DNA of 64,000 nt from Octopus vulgaris (lineage: Eukaryota). Positions 30,480-43,104 of this stretch are shown here, piece after piece. Every line of letters starts with the position of its first letter. The stretch's first letter is position 1. A model generated the notes under the pieces. It was not told the origin of the DNA. It saw only the letters and a list, made by a program, of their open reading frames with translations, and made no database searches. The position numbers and the translations under genes are program-made. The stretch spans positions 67,022,001 through 67,086,000 of the forward strand of contig OX597831.1 in NCBI GenBank assembly GCA_951406725.2. The letters run 5' to 3'.

Positions 30480-31063
30480 GGATCTTTTCGGTTTGAACGG
30501 CAGTTTTTTTCTAGCGGTGTCATATGAAATTGTCACCCATAATTATGACCCTAGTATCGATCTATTGCATTTCAATCTGTTTTAGGGTTAGGGTTAGGGG
30601 TGGGGGAAGGGTATCTTTTTTTCTTCACAAATGTAAATAAACCCAATCTGTTTCTTGGATCTTTTCGGTTTGAACGGCAGTTTGTAACATAATTTCTAGG
30701 TAACTAAAAAATTTTAAACTTCATATACTGGTAGAATGTGTTTATAAAACATCTTTTTCTCTTGGCTTTATTGAGAAAATTCTATAGTTTGTAAGATATT
30801 TGTTGTTGCTTTTTCTTCAATTTCTGTAATTTCAACCAATCACTGACGTCCATTGAGGTAAAAAAAGCATTCTGTGCCGTATGAATATGTCCCTCGTTTA
30901 AGAAACAGATTGGGTTTATTTACATTTGTGAAGAAAAAAAGATACCCTTCCCCCCACCCCTAACCCTAACCCTAAAACAGATTGAAATGCAATAGATCGA
31001 TACTAGTGTCATAATTATGGGTGACACTGCTAGAAAAAACTGCTGTTCAAACCGAAAATATCC
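30480..31063. mobile_element. Compound GGATCTTTTC MITE (inverted partial copy 30480-30656 plus full copy 30657-31063), TSD TTATGTTA
   Basis: Three TIRs; TSD at 30472-30479 and 31064-31071; internal TTAGGG/CCCTAA repeats. Confidence 0.85.
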
Positions 31064-31269
31064 TTATGTTATGCTAAATTAAGTTACTAATCAAGAATGT
31101 TATTTCTTTAACATCAGTCAGGTGCACTTCCTGTGTCCAATAGTCGTATAACGAAGATGGATAAATAAAGGAAATGTAAAAATGTTTTACGACGTGAGAT
31201 GAAAATGAACTGGTAAGCGATGATTTATTCTCCGTTATAAAATACAATGATTGCCATACATGAAATAAA

Positions 31270-31500
31270 GGCCGCGAGCTGGCAGAAACGTTAGCACGCC
31301 GGGCGAAATGCGTCGCCGTATTTTGTCTGCCGTTACGTTCTGAGTTCAAATTCCGCCGAGGTCGACTTTGCCTTTCATCCTTTCGGGGTCGATAAAGTAA
31401 GTACCAGTTCACTGGGGTCGATGTAATCTACTTAATCCGTTTGTCTGTCCTTGTTTGTCCCTTCTGTGTTTAGCCCCTTGTGGGTAGTTAAGAAATATAT
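31270..31500 (+). mobile_element. tRNA-derived SINE (family 3), TSD ATGAAATAAA
   Basis: A-box-like tggcagaaacg, B-box gttcaaattcc, central gcctttcatcctttcggggtcgataaa; TSD at 31260-31269 and 31501-31510. Confidence 0.85.
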
Positions 31501-31899
31501 ATGAAATAAAATAAATATAACAGGTTACAACAAAGATCTGTGAGAGACTTTGTGGTCAAGCTGGACTGTTGATCTTGTAGACAAGGTTGACCATACTGTT
31601 TAGTGGTGTGTAAAGGCAGCCGTTGGTCTGTTGGTTGTGTGGTTGTTCATACAACAACGATATAAGCAGGTGTCTGGTAGAGATGAAAGCAGAGAGTGGC
31701 TGGTGTCAGATACCTCATTGTCAAAGACGAGTTGCGTGTGGTCAGTGACGTGTGCCAAAGAATTTCTTTATTTGCCAATAGGGGCACACATAGAGGGGAC
31801 AGAACAAGGACGGTCTTTACACAGGGATGGGGTTACAATCATAATGATAAAAAATGGATTAAATCGGTATGTTAAATCGAAAAGATGAATGAGAATAAA

Positions 31900-34110
31900 A
31901 AAATTTAAATCATTATAATAAACACAGTTCTTGAGTTTTTACTTAACCCGCCGGCTTTTTTTATGCCCTTTGTTTTCCGTTCCTTTTTTTTTTTCCTTCT
32001 TTTTCGCCTTGACCGGCTACACTAGCACGGCCCCATTCAATCTCAGCTTCTTTACAACAGTTATCCATCTTTTCTCGAACATTCTTTGAGGCAGGTACTT
32101 TTTCTCCGGACGGATCTTTCTTATCAGGTGGTGGTTAAAATGACTGACCAATCCGTGTCCGGAGACAAAGTTGTCTGTCTCAATTCCCCTTCCACGCGTC
32201 ATCCGTACCCTGTCTTTCAGTATGGCTACTAAACAGAAAAAGGACGCCTCTTTTTCCTTATTAAAGGAAGAAAGCGGTACAATCTTAATGATGGACTCAG
32301 TCGATAGCCGTATTCTTTCCGTTTCTGACATCAGTTGTTCGACATAGGTTATCTCTCCCCTCAATTCCCCACAATGTACGAAGGCGTGCGCGACAGTTTC
32401 ACTGATGCGCCCACACCTCGGGCATGGAGGGGGTGTCAAAACCGTGCCTTGACAACCTCTCTCGAACTGGTAAGGCCGATCGGTAGCACAGCCAAGCCAA
32501 GGATTTCTGGAAATTATCCAGAAACCTCAGCCCGAATGTCCCTTCGAACGGGTTGACTAGCTGGTTCACATCGAAGCCCAGAGCCTCCCCCAGGACGTCG
32601 TCGAACTTGTGCTCTACCAACCCGCTATAAAAATCTGCAGTGGTAGCCCCGCTGCCGGTACTACTCACCCGGGAGAATAGAGTGGGTGCTTGTCTGCACT
32701 CCTGCCATTCACCCATTCTAGGTTTTTCACTTGATCCATTTGCCTACGTAGGGACGTTAATTGCGGAAAAAAGAACTTGACGTGCGGTGACCGCACCTGT
32801 TCACCATCCAGATAGAGCCAGAGATGTCTCAGCCTCAGCGCAAACTTGCGCATCATCTGCCAAGACATCCCTAACCCACCCTTTAACAGTTTCTGGCAGC
32901 AGATAGAGTGCCTCACTAGTGGTGGTTTCCTTTTCCACAAAAAGCGGAAAAGGATCCGTTCCAACTTGGTCAGCCACACGCCCTCCCTAACAAGGATAGC
33001 GTCCTACAAGACCAGGTCTAGGTTATGGCCGTCACCTTGTCTGTGACCTCGCTCCAGTTTTTCTCCATCTGGAGATCTGGTCCAAACCAAATCCCGAGCA
33101 GTTTAACCGGGCCCTCCGTCCAACGACGCTGTTGGGAGGCATCGACTTGCCCCTCCAGGTGCCGAGTTGCAAGTCGATTGATTTATCCTGGTTAACTTTT
33201 GCCCCTGCCACCGCTTCGTATCTTTTGATGGCGTCTTCTACACGAGGTGGCTGCCCTTCATCAGACACGATGATGGTGATATCATCCGTATACGCTGTTG
33301 CTACCTTACCGTAACACGCGGGTCTCTCCCAGCAGTCTCCAGCCTCCGCAGCAGTGGATCAAGAGCCAATGCATATAGAAGCAGAGACAGGGGGCAGTCC
33401 TGGCGAACTGAACTTTCGATTGCGAACGGCTTCGAGAAGAAGCCGTTCACCCGGACGACTGAATCGATGTCGCTATGCATAGCATTGATCCAGTCACAGA
33501 AAGTCGGGCCCAGTCCGACCACCCGGAGGATCGCCGCCAGATACCGATGGTCAACCCTATCGAATGCTTTAGACTGGTCTAAAGCATTCTAAATTCACCA
33601 GTCTAAATAAGAGGTCTAAATTTACCAGTGCTCCTCCCTTGCCAGGAACTTTACTAACCCTCTCTATGGTGTAGCGAATGAGGTGAAGGTTGTCATGTGC
33701 CGTCCTTCCTGGGATGGTGCATGTCTGCGCCTCTCCTACCAGTCGCCTACGACAAGCCTCACTCTATTGGCTAACACCTTGGCCAAAATCTTTAACTCAG
33801 TGTTTAGCAGAGCTATGGGCCTGAAATTATTAATGATATCCCCCTTGTTCGGGTCCTTCCTGATCAGTGTTACTACTCTCCGGCTCACAGACTTAAGAAT
33901 TCTCCCATTCTGCTGCGAGTTTGCGAATACACCGGCCAATATATTCCCGAACAAGTCTGGCATATTTTTATAAAATTCGTACAGTAGACCATCGAGTCTC
34001 GGCGACTTGTCCCCGGGGCACTCTGAAAGCACCTTTATAACCTCCGCAGCTGTGATCGGCCTTTCACAGCGCCCAGCCTCACGTACCGAGATACGCAGGC
34101 CGCTGGCCAG
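31900..34110 (-). mobile_element. Decayed L1-clade (Tx1-like) LINE, 5'-truncated
   Basis: KSPRLDGLLYEFY, NFRPIALLNTELKILAKVLANR, SVRQDCPLS, RFLW...KGGLG, CPRC..ETVAH zinc knuckle. Confidence 0.88.
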
Positions 34111-34680
34111 GAAATCTCAATGTGAAAGGTATAATGGAGTAATATGGAATTCCATTAAATTGGCCTTGCGTAGCAGAAATTTACCAGTTTCTCAATGGGA
34201 AGTCGTGCTTCCAGAAGTTTTACATTCGCAATGTTCATTATTATTATGCACGGCAACTAATGAGACCCCGCATGAGAGATTCTAAACGTTCTGTGTGTGG
34301 TGTTTCCGTTCCTACTTGGTTAATGGAAGAACCTGTCAAAGTGTTTGTTAAACGACATGTACGCAATAAGTATGATCCGTTAGTAGATGAAGCCCGATTG
34401 GTATAAATTAACCCTAACCACGGGAGGGTACAGTACCCAGATGGACGTGAAAGTACTGTGTACATTAGAGATTTAGCCCCTACTGGCAAAACGACTGAGG
34501 GGTATCAGTTAAGTAAGGATCAAACTGATGTTGCGGACAATGGTCCTACTCAAATGCGGACAATGGTCCTACTCAGATACCATGATCGGCTCTGTCCCAC
34601 CTACATCAGCTCAAGAACTAGAACCTCAAACTACTTTGCACTGGCGTTCATTCAGAACAAAAAAAGTTCCTGACAGGTTA
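34111..34680 (+). mobile_element. Gypsy-type LTR retrotransposon integrase C-terminal relic
   Basis: SQCERYNGVIW...WEVVLPEVLHS...LCTATNETPHERF, then RHVRNKYDPLVDE, YPDGRESTV.IRDLAP. Confidence 0.8.
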
Positions 34681-35259
34681 AATTTATGATTGATGATGTG
34701 GTACGCTTATGAAAAGCCTCATTATTACGTTGTTGTGATTGGCTCATGGTTATTTTTGTAATTGGATGTTGTGATTTTAGTTTTGATCACGTGATTTTGA
34801 TTGTCTCGATTGCTGTTATATGCCTGCAGTGCGACTGCGCGGAGTTCTGTTCTGTTTGCAGACGACATGTTCAGCGTTGATTTTAGTTAGTCGAGAATGT
34901 AGCAACTCGCTGCATAAAAATGTTATTGCGTTGAAGTTTGGTTTTGCTTATAATTTAGCAATATTTGTTTGTATGGTGTATTGCTGTATTTTTTAGTCGA
35001 TTAAAACGTTTTAAACTTTGATATTCGAGTTTGGGTTTTTAACATGCGCCAACACAACTGGAAAAAACCGATCAATATAAACAAGTTCGGCTAATCACAA
35101 GCTCATGCGACCTGCTGGAACGGAAAGGTCTGTGGAGCCGATATCCAGGAATTTAAGTCTAAGCAACCGTAACGAAAACATCTCACACATAATGACAGTG
35201 TAAATCACTTCTGCTACAGTCGGCTTACCAAAATTCTCCGGTTCCTTCTCTTGTCTCCA

Positions 35260-35500
35260 GTCCATTTTTTGACATCGTCAGTCTATAAATGCTTTTGACA
35301 GCCTCTTGCTCTCTTCCCCACCACACTTCTTTTCAAAGAGGTTTTAGACTATGATCCGTGACGTATGTCCAAAATATAATAGCTTTGTGAGCTTGAGTCT
35401 TGTCAATATGTGTCTTTTGACCTGTCGGGCTTTTCTACAACTGCAGCGTTTGTTACGCTGTCTTTCCAGTGTATTCTTCCAATCTACGAAAGATCAACAT
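35260..35500 (-). mobile_element. Old RTE-type RT C-terminal fragment (duplicated at about 36550-36790)
   Basis: Minus-strand translation IHWKDSVTNAAV...KLLYFGH...GKRARG...DDVKKWTG. Confidence 0.55.
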
Positions 35501-35783
35501 CTTTCTCCACTGCTCTGTACATTGTGCAAGTTTTGCCATGTGGAGGACGATTGGCATAACATGGCAATCTACAAGCTTCAAGTTTAGGTTCAGTGTTATG
35601 CTGTTTCTAGTGAAGAGTTTTTTTCATTCTTATGAATGTAGTTTTTTAGCCTTTTACTTTTTGGAATACAATACGTATGTATATGATACATATATACTGT
35701 ATCATCTATACATTAAAATACAACTACAAAACCAAAGAAAACCTAACATGGGTGAAGAATGGGGGAAAAAATAAGAAAAAATG

Positions 35784-36209
35784 GGATCTTTTCGGTTTGA
35801 ACGGCAGTTTTTAACATAATTTCTCGGTAACTAAAAAATTTTAAACTTCATATACTGGTAGAATGTATTGATAAAACATCTTTTTCTCTTGGCTTTATTG
35901 AGAAAATTCTATAGTTTGTAAGATATTTGTTGTACTTTTTCTTCAATTTCTGCAATTTCAACCAATCAGTGACGTCTATTGAGTTAAAAAGCATTCTGTG
36001 CCGTATGAATATGTCCCTCGTTTAAGAAACAGATTGGGTTTATTTACATTTGTGAAGAAAAAAGATGCCCTTCCCCCACCTCTAACCCTAACTAATCCTA
36101 ATCCTAAAAGAGATTGAAATGCAATAGATCGATTCTAGGGTCATAATTATGGGTGACAATTTCATAATGACACCGCTAGAAAAAACTGCCGTTCAAACCG
36201 AAAAGATCC
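35784..36209. mobile_element. GGATCTTTTC MITE, TSD AAAAAATG
   Basis: TIR ggatcttttcggtttgaacggcagttttt; TSD at 35776-35783 and 36210-36217. Confidence 0.9.
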
Positions 36210-37072
36210 AAAAAATGGATGAAAGAAAAAGAAAAAACATCAATGCAACACCAAGTGCTTCAATTGGTCGCTCACCACAAGGTTCAACGGGACCTACTGA
36301 AGCAAGCCAACACGCTCGTGGCATTACCATGGGCGATGACGATGCTAAGGCGGTTGAACAGCCAAGCACATCTCGCGGGTACCACTTGATACCTTGGTAA
36401 GGCGAGCTGTAAACGATGACAAGAATTTCGTTATTAGCGGCCCAGCTCCTCTAACGTCTAAAACGTCACAGGCTGGAAGAAATGGTTCACTGACAAGTCC
36501 CGGTACTTAAGAATTTCGTTCCGTTCGGCTATGGAAACAGTGACTCCAGTCCATTTTTTGACATCGTCAGTCTATAAATGCTTTTGACAGCCTCTTGCTC
36601 TCTTCCCCACCACACTTCTTTTCAAAGAGGTTTTAGACTATGATCCGTGACGTATGTCCAAAATATAATAGCTTTGTGAGCTTGAGTCTTGTCAATATGT
36701 GTCTTTTGACCTGTCGGGCTTTTCTACAACTGCAGCGTTTGTTACGCTGTCTTTCCAGTGTATTCTTCCAATCTACGAAAGATCAACATCTTTCTCCACT
36801 GCTCTGTACATTGTGCAAGTTTTGCCATGTGGAGGACGATTGGCATAACATGGCAATCTACAAGCTTCAAGTTTAGGTTCAGTGTTATGCTGTTTCTAGT
36901 GAAGAGTTTTTTTCATTCTTATGAATGTAGTTTTTTAGCCTTTTACTTTTTGGAATACAATACGTATGTATATGATACATATATACTGTATCATCTATAC
37001 ATTAAAATACAACTACAAAACCAAAGAAAACCTAACATGGGTGAAGAATGGGGGAAAAAATAAGAAAAAATG

Positions 37073-37499
37073 GGATCTTTTCGGTTTGAACGGCAGTTTT
37101 TAACATAATTTCTCGGTAACTAAAAAATTTTAAACTTCATATACTGGTAGAATGTATTGATAAAACATCTTTTTCTCTTGGCTTTATTGAGAAAATTCTA
37201 TAGTTTGTAAGATATTTGTTGTACTTTTTCTTCAATTTCTGCAATTTCAACCAATCAGTGACGTCTATTGAGTTAAAAAGCATTCTGTGCCGTATGAATA
37301 TGTCCCTCGTTTAAGAAACAGATTGGGTTTATTTACATTTGTGAAGAAAAAAAGATGCCCTTCCCCCACCTCTAACCCTAACTAATCCTAATCCTAAAAG
37401 AGATTGAAATGCAATAGATCGATTCTAGGGTCATAATTATGGGTGACAATTTCATAATGACACCGCTAGAAAAAACTGCCGTTCAAACCGAAAAGATCC
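37073..37499. mobile_element. GGATCTTTTC MITE, duplicate carried by the tandem duplication
   Basis: Same sequence and TSD as 35784-36209. Confidence 0.9.
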
Positions 37500-38266
37500 A
37501 AAAAATGGATGAAAGAAAAAGAAAAAACATCAATGCAACACCAAGTGCTTCAATTGGTCGCTCACCACAAGGTTCAACGGGACCTACTGAAGCAAGCCAA
37601 CACGCTCGTGGCATTACCATGGGCGATGACGATGCTAAGGCGGTTGAACAGCCAAGCACACTCGCGGGTACCACTTGATACCTTGGTAAGGCGAGCTGTA
37701 AACGATGACAAGAATTTCGTTATTAGCGGCCCAGCTCCTCTAACGTCTAAAACGTCACAGGCTGGAAGAAATGGTTCACTGACAAGTCCCGGTACTTAAG
37801 AATTTCGTTCCGTTCGGCTATGGAAACAGTGACTCTCCCATTTTGCGTAGCATCCATAATGTGTGAGGAAGCAAAGGAGTCGCAGACTATGACGTCTCAG
37901 ATGCGGCACCTACCTCTTACACAGGGACGAAGTTTCTTCCATCGCTTTTGGATAATCCCGCTGACTCCAGAAATGAGGAGATATTAACCGGAACTAGGGT
38001 CCGCTTTCCTTTTCTTTCTTCGCTCATGTTTGTATTTTCTTCGGTTTTGAAAACACTCACAAATAGTCAGATGAACGAAACACAAGTCCCTCCACAAAAA
38101 TAAAGTGTTTTTTTCTTGATTCCCTCCATCTTGCGAACATGGCCATACTCAGAATAGGTAGTATGTGGCTTGGGGTCACATTGGAAGTAGCTCAACGTCT
38201 TTAGGTTACCAGATATGGACATGGTAGCTATTAGCAAGACCAGAATTTCTAAGACACGAGCATTTA

Positions 38267-38605
38267 CGAGGGGACACCCAAAAGAAACCGGAATTTTGCA
38301 ATATTATTTTATTCACTTAGTTTTACATGTTTACACTTTTATCGCCTTCAAAGTATTCTCCATTTGAAGCGTTTTCCACTGTTTAAAGAAGCAGTCCGGG
38401 AACTCTTGCGAAGTGATGCCTTTTAACGCCTCCGTCGATTTTTTTCTTCACCTCTTCCACATCTGCAAAACGTTTTTCTTTAAAGACTTTTCTCATCCGG
38501 GGGAACAGAAGAAAGTCGCAAGGAAAAAGATCGGACGAATAGGGAGGGTGAGTAAACAGGGTCATGCCATTTTTTTTGCAAAAACTGTCCCACACTCTAT
38601 AAACT
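38267..38605 (-). mobile_element. Mariner transposon 3' fragment with TIR
   Basis: HPPYSSDLFPCDFLLFPRMRKVFKEKRF resembles the mariner YSPDLAPCDF motif; terminus TA|CGAGGGG. Confidence 0.85.
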
Positions 38606-38989
38606 GACTTATTAGGGTGAAGCTATGGTATGATATGGCTTGCTCGGATGTTCCCTAGAATTTGTCTTCTAGTTGCTCCACATAAACCGATTGGCACCTA
38701 ATTCACCAGACAGAATGTTGAAAGTGGCCGACTAATTCAGACGACTCACCTATTGATGACCTCCGGCACTCGAGTAGAAAGCTTCAGACTTTTGTGCAGA
38801 CAGACCAATTCTAAACAGTAACGCAATGTCCTGTGAGTATGGACGCGGCGCTCTTCTCTCCTGCCAGTCAGTAATTATTAATATTTTGTTACTGTAAATA
38901 GCCAATAGCAAATTATGTCCAGCAATAAATAATAAAGTGAGAGCTTATGAGTTTACTTTAGTTAGTGAACACGCAGCTTTACTCCCGTA

Positions 38990-40450
38990 AAGAAAGATAC
39001 GATCTCCGCGACACGAGCAGCACGCCACACAGCCATATTGAAACGAGATCGTTTGTTTATTTTCGCAGTTATCAGGCTCACACATTGTAGCCTCTGCACC
39101 GCGAAGGAGTACACTCGAGGCCTAAGATTCCTTGCCTGCGCATAATTGCCGTCCGCCACAATCGTAGATTCCACGGCTGCATGCAGAGTTGTCTACGAGT
39201 AGGCTAAACATGCGCGCCGGGACTGTGATAAATCTGTTGAAATTCTAAACAATTTTTTAAATTTGTCTTTGGGGATCAACCTGTTCAAGTCGGAGGTGAT
39301 AAATATGAGCTATGGTGAAGCTGAATTTCAGGACGCTGTACTCAGCATCCGGACCAACTTGGCTGACACCAAGGAACGTTGTCTGCATTCTTGGCTTCCC
39401 AATCCTCCCGATAGCCATAACGGACTGCCTGGAAACCAAGCTTGCCTCCTTATCCTGGATGACTGAGAGACTGCACCCCATTAACGCGCACCCGGCATCT
39501 TCCTCTTGAGGAAATGTTTTGCTCTGCCTAAGCTTTTTTTCTCGCTATGCAGTGTACCATGTCACTCTCTCACAAACCGCGTCAGTAATATCAATGACAC
39601 CATCCGGCACTGTGTTGAACTGATCTGCAATATCAGTTTTGACAGTGCCGGCTGGCAACAGGGTAAACTGCCTGTTAGATCCGGTGGTCTTGGTCTCCCT
39701 TCCGCATTAGACTTATCTTTTCTCGGTCTCCTCCAGCCGCATTCTCATCGGCGAGAGGCCTTGCCATCCCCCAGGACACGGATGTCCAACGTAACTTGGA
39801 TGACATCAGATGTAAGTCTATTTTCAAGTGGATTGAGACATCACTAGACCAGTACCGCATCACAGCCAAACATCGGTGCATGGCTCAATTCGGTGCCTTC
39901 CTCATCTATCGGTACCTTTCAGGATGATAAGTGCACTCGTGTTGGAGTGGCCCAACGTCTCGGTCTCCGCGTGTTTGAGCTTCACAAATACTGTTGTGGA
40001 GCTGTAGTCAATGAATTCGGTCAGCATGCATCATCCTGCAGTCTTAACGCGGACCGATTCTCCCAACACGCCGCTCTGAAGGACATAATTAGAAGGGGCC
40101 TAGAGGTGGCTGATTTCCTGTCTTAACTGGAGCCAGTAAGTCTTGACTGCGGAGACGGTAAGTGCCCCGACAGAATAACCTTCCCATTCGAGGGAAGCAC
40201 GTTATCCGGTTCCATCCTCGCTTCATCGGCTGCAAACCCGAGTATTGCCACCCGTAACGCAAAATAAACAAATACAGGAGCCTGACCAGTCGCTATAAGT
40301 TTGTGCTGGTCAGCCTCTTGACATCAGGTATTCTCAGACCCCGCACTGCTGATTTCCTCCGCAAAATCGGGATAACAGCGGCCCCCTGAGAAATGATACT
40401 GTTGCAATGAGATACTGCTGGGCGCAGCTGAGCACACCATTTGTTCTAGG
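38990..40450 (+). mobile_element. Decayed CRE-like non-LTR retroelement (RT C-terminal half plus restriction-like endonuclease)
   Basis: LPVRSGGLGL, AWLNSVPSSSIG, VAQRLG, CCG...GQHASSC...RFSQHAAL, LEP...DGKCPD. Confidence 0.75.
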
Positions 40451-40903
40451 ATGGGGGATCCATTGCTCCCCTCCTCCTCCATCTTCTGCTGCTTAACTGC
40501 CTCTTTTTTTCCTTTTTCTTTTTCAGTTTTTTTTTTTTATTTAAATGTTATAATTTAAAATGTGATCAATTGGTTTAAAATAAAAATATACTATCAGATA
40601 TAAAAAAAACCCAATCAACAGTGAGAAATTACTAGTGAAAACGTGAGATTATGAGTAAAATCGTGATGACTATCTTGTGGAAGAAATTTCATCTCGAAGA
40701 ATTTGATAGTTTTACATGGATGTTACTAAATAGTCTTCCAGCATGGGAATAAGTAGACTCATTATGTGTAGTGATAAATGAACACTGGATACAAATTGAC
40801 AACAATATTTTTCGTCAGTGGTCAGTATTTAAAATGAAGGAATGTAATGAAAAAAATGAAGGATAAAAAAGCCATCTATGGCATGAAAAATGGCTTTCTG
40901 TTC

Positions 40904-41268
40904 TACCAACCCACATGGTTCTGGGTTCAGTCCCACTGCGTGGCACCTTGGGCAAGTGTCTTCTACTATAGCCTCGGGCCGACCAAAGCCTTGTGAGTGG
41001 ATTTGGTAGACGGAAACTGAAAGAAGCCCGTCGTATATATGTATATATATGCGTGTATGTGTTTGTGTGTCTGTGTTTGTCCCCCTAGCATTGCTTGACA
41101 ACCGATGCTGGTGTGTTTATGTCCCCGTTACTTAGCGGTTCGGCAAAAGAGACCGATAGAATAAGTTCTGGACTTACAAAAGAATAAGTCCCGGGGTCGA
41201 GTTGCTCGATTAAAGGCGGTGCTCCAGCTTGGCCGCAGTCAAATGCCTGAAACAAGTAAAAGAGTAAA
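40904..41268 (+). mobile_element. SINE family 1, lacking the first ~30 bp
   Basis: Matches 42744-43104 and 58761-59179. Confidence 0.9.
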
Positions 41269-41351
41269 CTGAATTTGAAGGGAATACCAGCTCATATTAT
41301 TATTGCTCAGCGTAATAAGTTGGATGCAACTTCAATAGAAGCGATGTTATA

Positions 41352-42678
41352 CAGGTTGGGGCAGAGAGGATGGCCGTTTTTGAAAAATTCACAAAATCAT
41401 TAATTTTTGCTGGAAACAAATTTTATTGACATCAATGTGTTCATATTGAATTAGCATTTATCAGAATCAAGTGTGGGAAAACAACATCCATCATGTAGTG
41501 TCCGTTTTCATTGATGCATTTCTGAAAGCGTTCTTCGAAGTTGGCCTCCGCTCTCTCCGGCATTGCTCTGTCGATCTAGGCGACTTCCACACGAATAGTT
41601 TCTTTCATGTCGTCCAATGTACGGGGCTTATGCGCGTACACACGTGCATTGAGGTTTCCTCACAGGAAATAATCACACATGGACAAATCAGGAGACTAGC
41701 GGGTTGGATGGAGGGGTGGGCAAGAAATGTCAGCAAATGAGGTGATCACCGAAAAGAGAGAGAGCGAAGAACGTCTATTGATGCACTGGCTGTATGGGTT
41801 GTCGCCCCATCCTGCTGAAACAACACACGTAGAATAGGCATACGTTTTCGTCGTAATTCAGACACAAAGAAGCTGTGTATAATCTCGGAGTTCACAGTAA
41901 CAACATTTTCTTTATTGTCTTCAAAAAAGTAAGTATCAATGACGGCAGCTTTTCCAACAGCACATCAGACCGTCACTTTTGGGCTGTGCAGTGGCCCTTC
42001 GTGCAGTTCTCTTGGATTTTCAAGAGCCCAATAACAACAGTTCTGTTGATTCACCATGCAACTGAGATGAAGATGAGCCTCATCACTCATTAGCAAAACG
42101 AGATTGTTATTTGCCTCAAAAATTGCTTCCATCTGATGTGCGAAGTTAAGCCGCTGTGCATAGTCCCATGGTTTCAACTGTTGCCCAATTTGTACGGGTA
42201 GAAATGCAAGTTTCCATGCAAAATACGCCTTACCAATCGGTTACCGATGCCCAGTTTAGTGGAATGCTTCCGAGCAGAGCGATTCGGACTCCGTATCGAA
42301 GCTTTCTGACGCGTTCCACATTTTCTGGGTTCCGTACTGTTCGTGGCACCCCAACCAATCCCCAATTCATTAGTGTACCTCGTGTACGAAGTGCATTCAT
42401 CCAACGCAAGATTGTGTTACGGGTGGGAACAGCCTGATTTCGGTGAATGTTGAAGTGACGCCGAAACTCACACTGAACTGCTGTGACAGACTCGTTATTC
42501 TTCACGTAAATGTCGTAGGCAAACACACAATGCTCTATCGTTCACAGCGCCATGGCTTCACTGGAAAAAAAAATGGTAAGACATCACGGACCGAATGGTA
42601 CCTGTCGGACAGATCTCCCTCCTCATGGGGGTTGAGTAATAGCCATTTCAAAAACGTCCATCCTCCTGCGCCACCCTG
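41352..42678 (-). mobile_element. Full-length decayed Tc1/mariner-superfamily transposon (DUF4817-like N-terminal HTH), TA TSD
   Basis: TIRs ta|caggttggggcag...tttttgaaa and tttcaaaaac...gcgccaccctg|ta; SVTAVQCEFRRHF, SDEAH, PLHSPKVTV, QQDGA, SPDL..CDYFL. Confidence 0.9.
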
Positions 42679-42743
42679 TATAAGAACCAAAACTGTCAGT
42701 ACAAGGAATTTTGTAAGGACCTCATCAGTGAAATATATATATA

Positions 42744-43104
42744 GGCGCAGGAGTGGCTGTGTGGTAAGTAGCTTGCTTACCAACCACATGGTTCCAGGTT
42801 CAGTCCCACTGCGTGGCACCTTGGGCAAGTGTCTTCTACTATAGCCTCGGGCCGACCAAAGCCTTGTGAGTGGATTTGGTAGACGGAAACTGAAAGAAGC
42901 CTGTCGTATATGTATATATATATGTGTGTGTGTTTGTGTGTCTGTGTTTGTCCCCCCAACACCACTGTTGTGTTTACGTCCCCGTAACTTAGCGGTTCGG
43001 CAAAACAGACCGATAGAATAAGTATTAGGCTTACAAAGAATAAGTCCCGGGTCGATTTGCTCGACTAAAGGCGGTGCTGAAACATGTAAAGGAGTAAAAG
43101 AGAG
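42744..43104 (+). mobile_element. SINE family 1, full length
   Basis: tRNA-like head ggcgcaggagtggctgtgtggtaag...ggttcagtccc, internal TA/TG tract, TAAAAGAG tail. Confidence 0.92.

Larger units (their letters stand above)
35255..37835. repeat. Tandem duplication, ~1.29 kb x 2
   Basis: ctccagtccattttttgac at 35255 and 36544; identical translated ORFs in both copies. Confidence 0.95.

Noticed and set aside
30583-30600. TTAGGG runs as telomere or fusion relics
   Set aside because: Only 2-3 units and always inside MITEs
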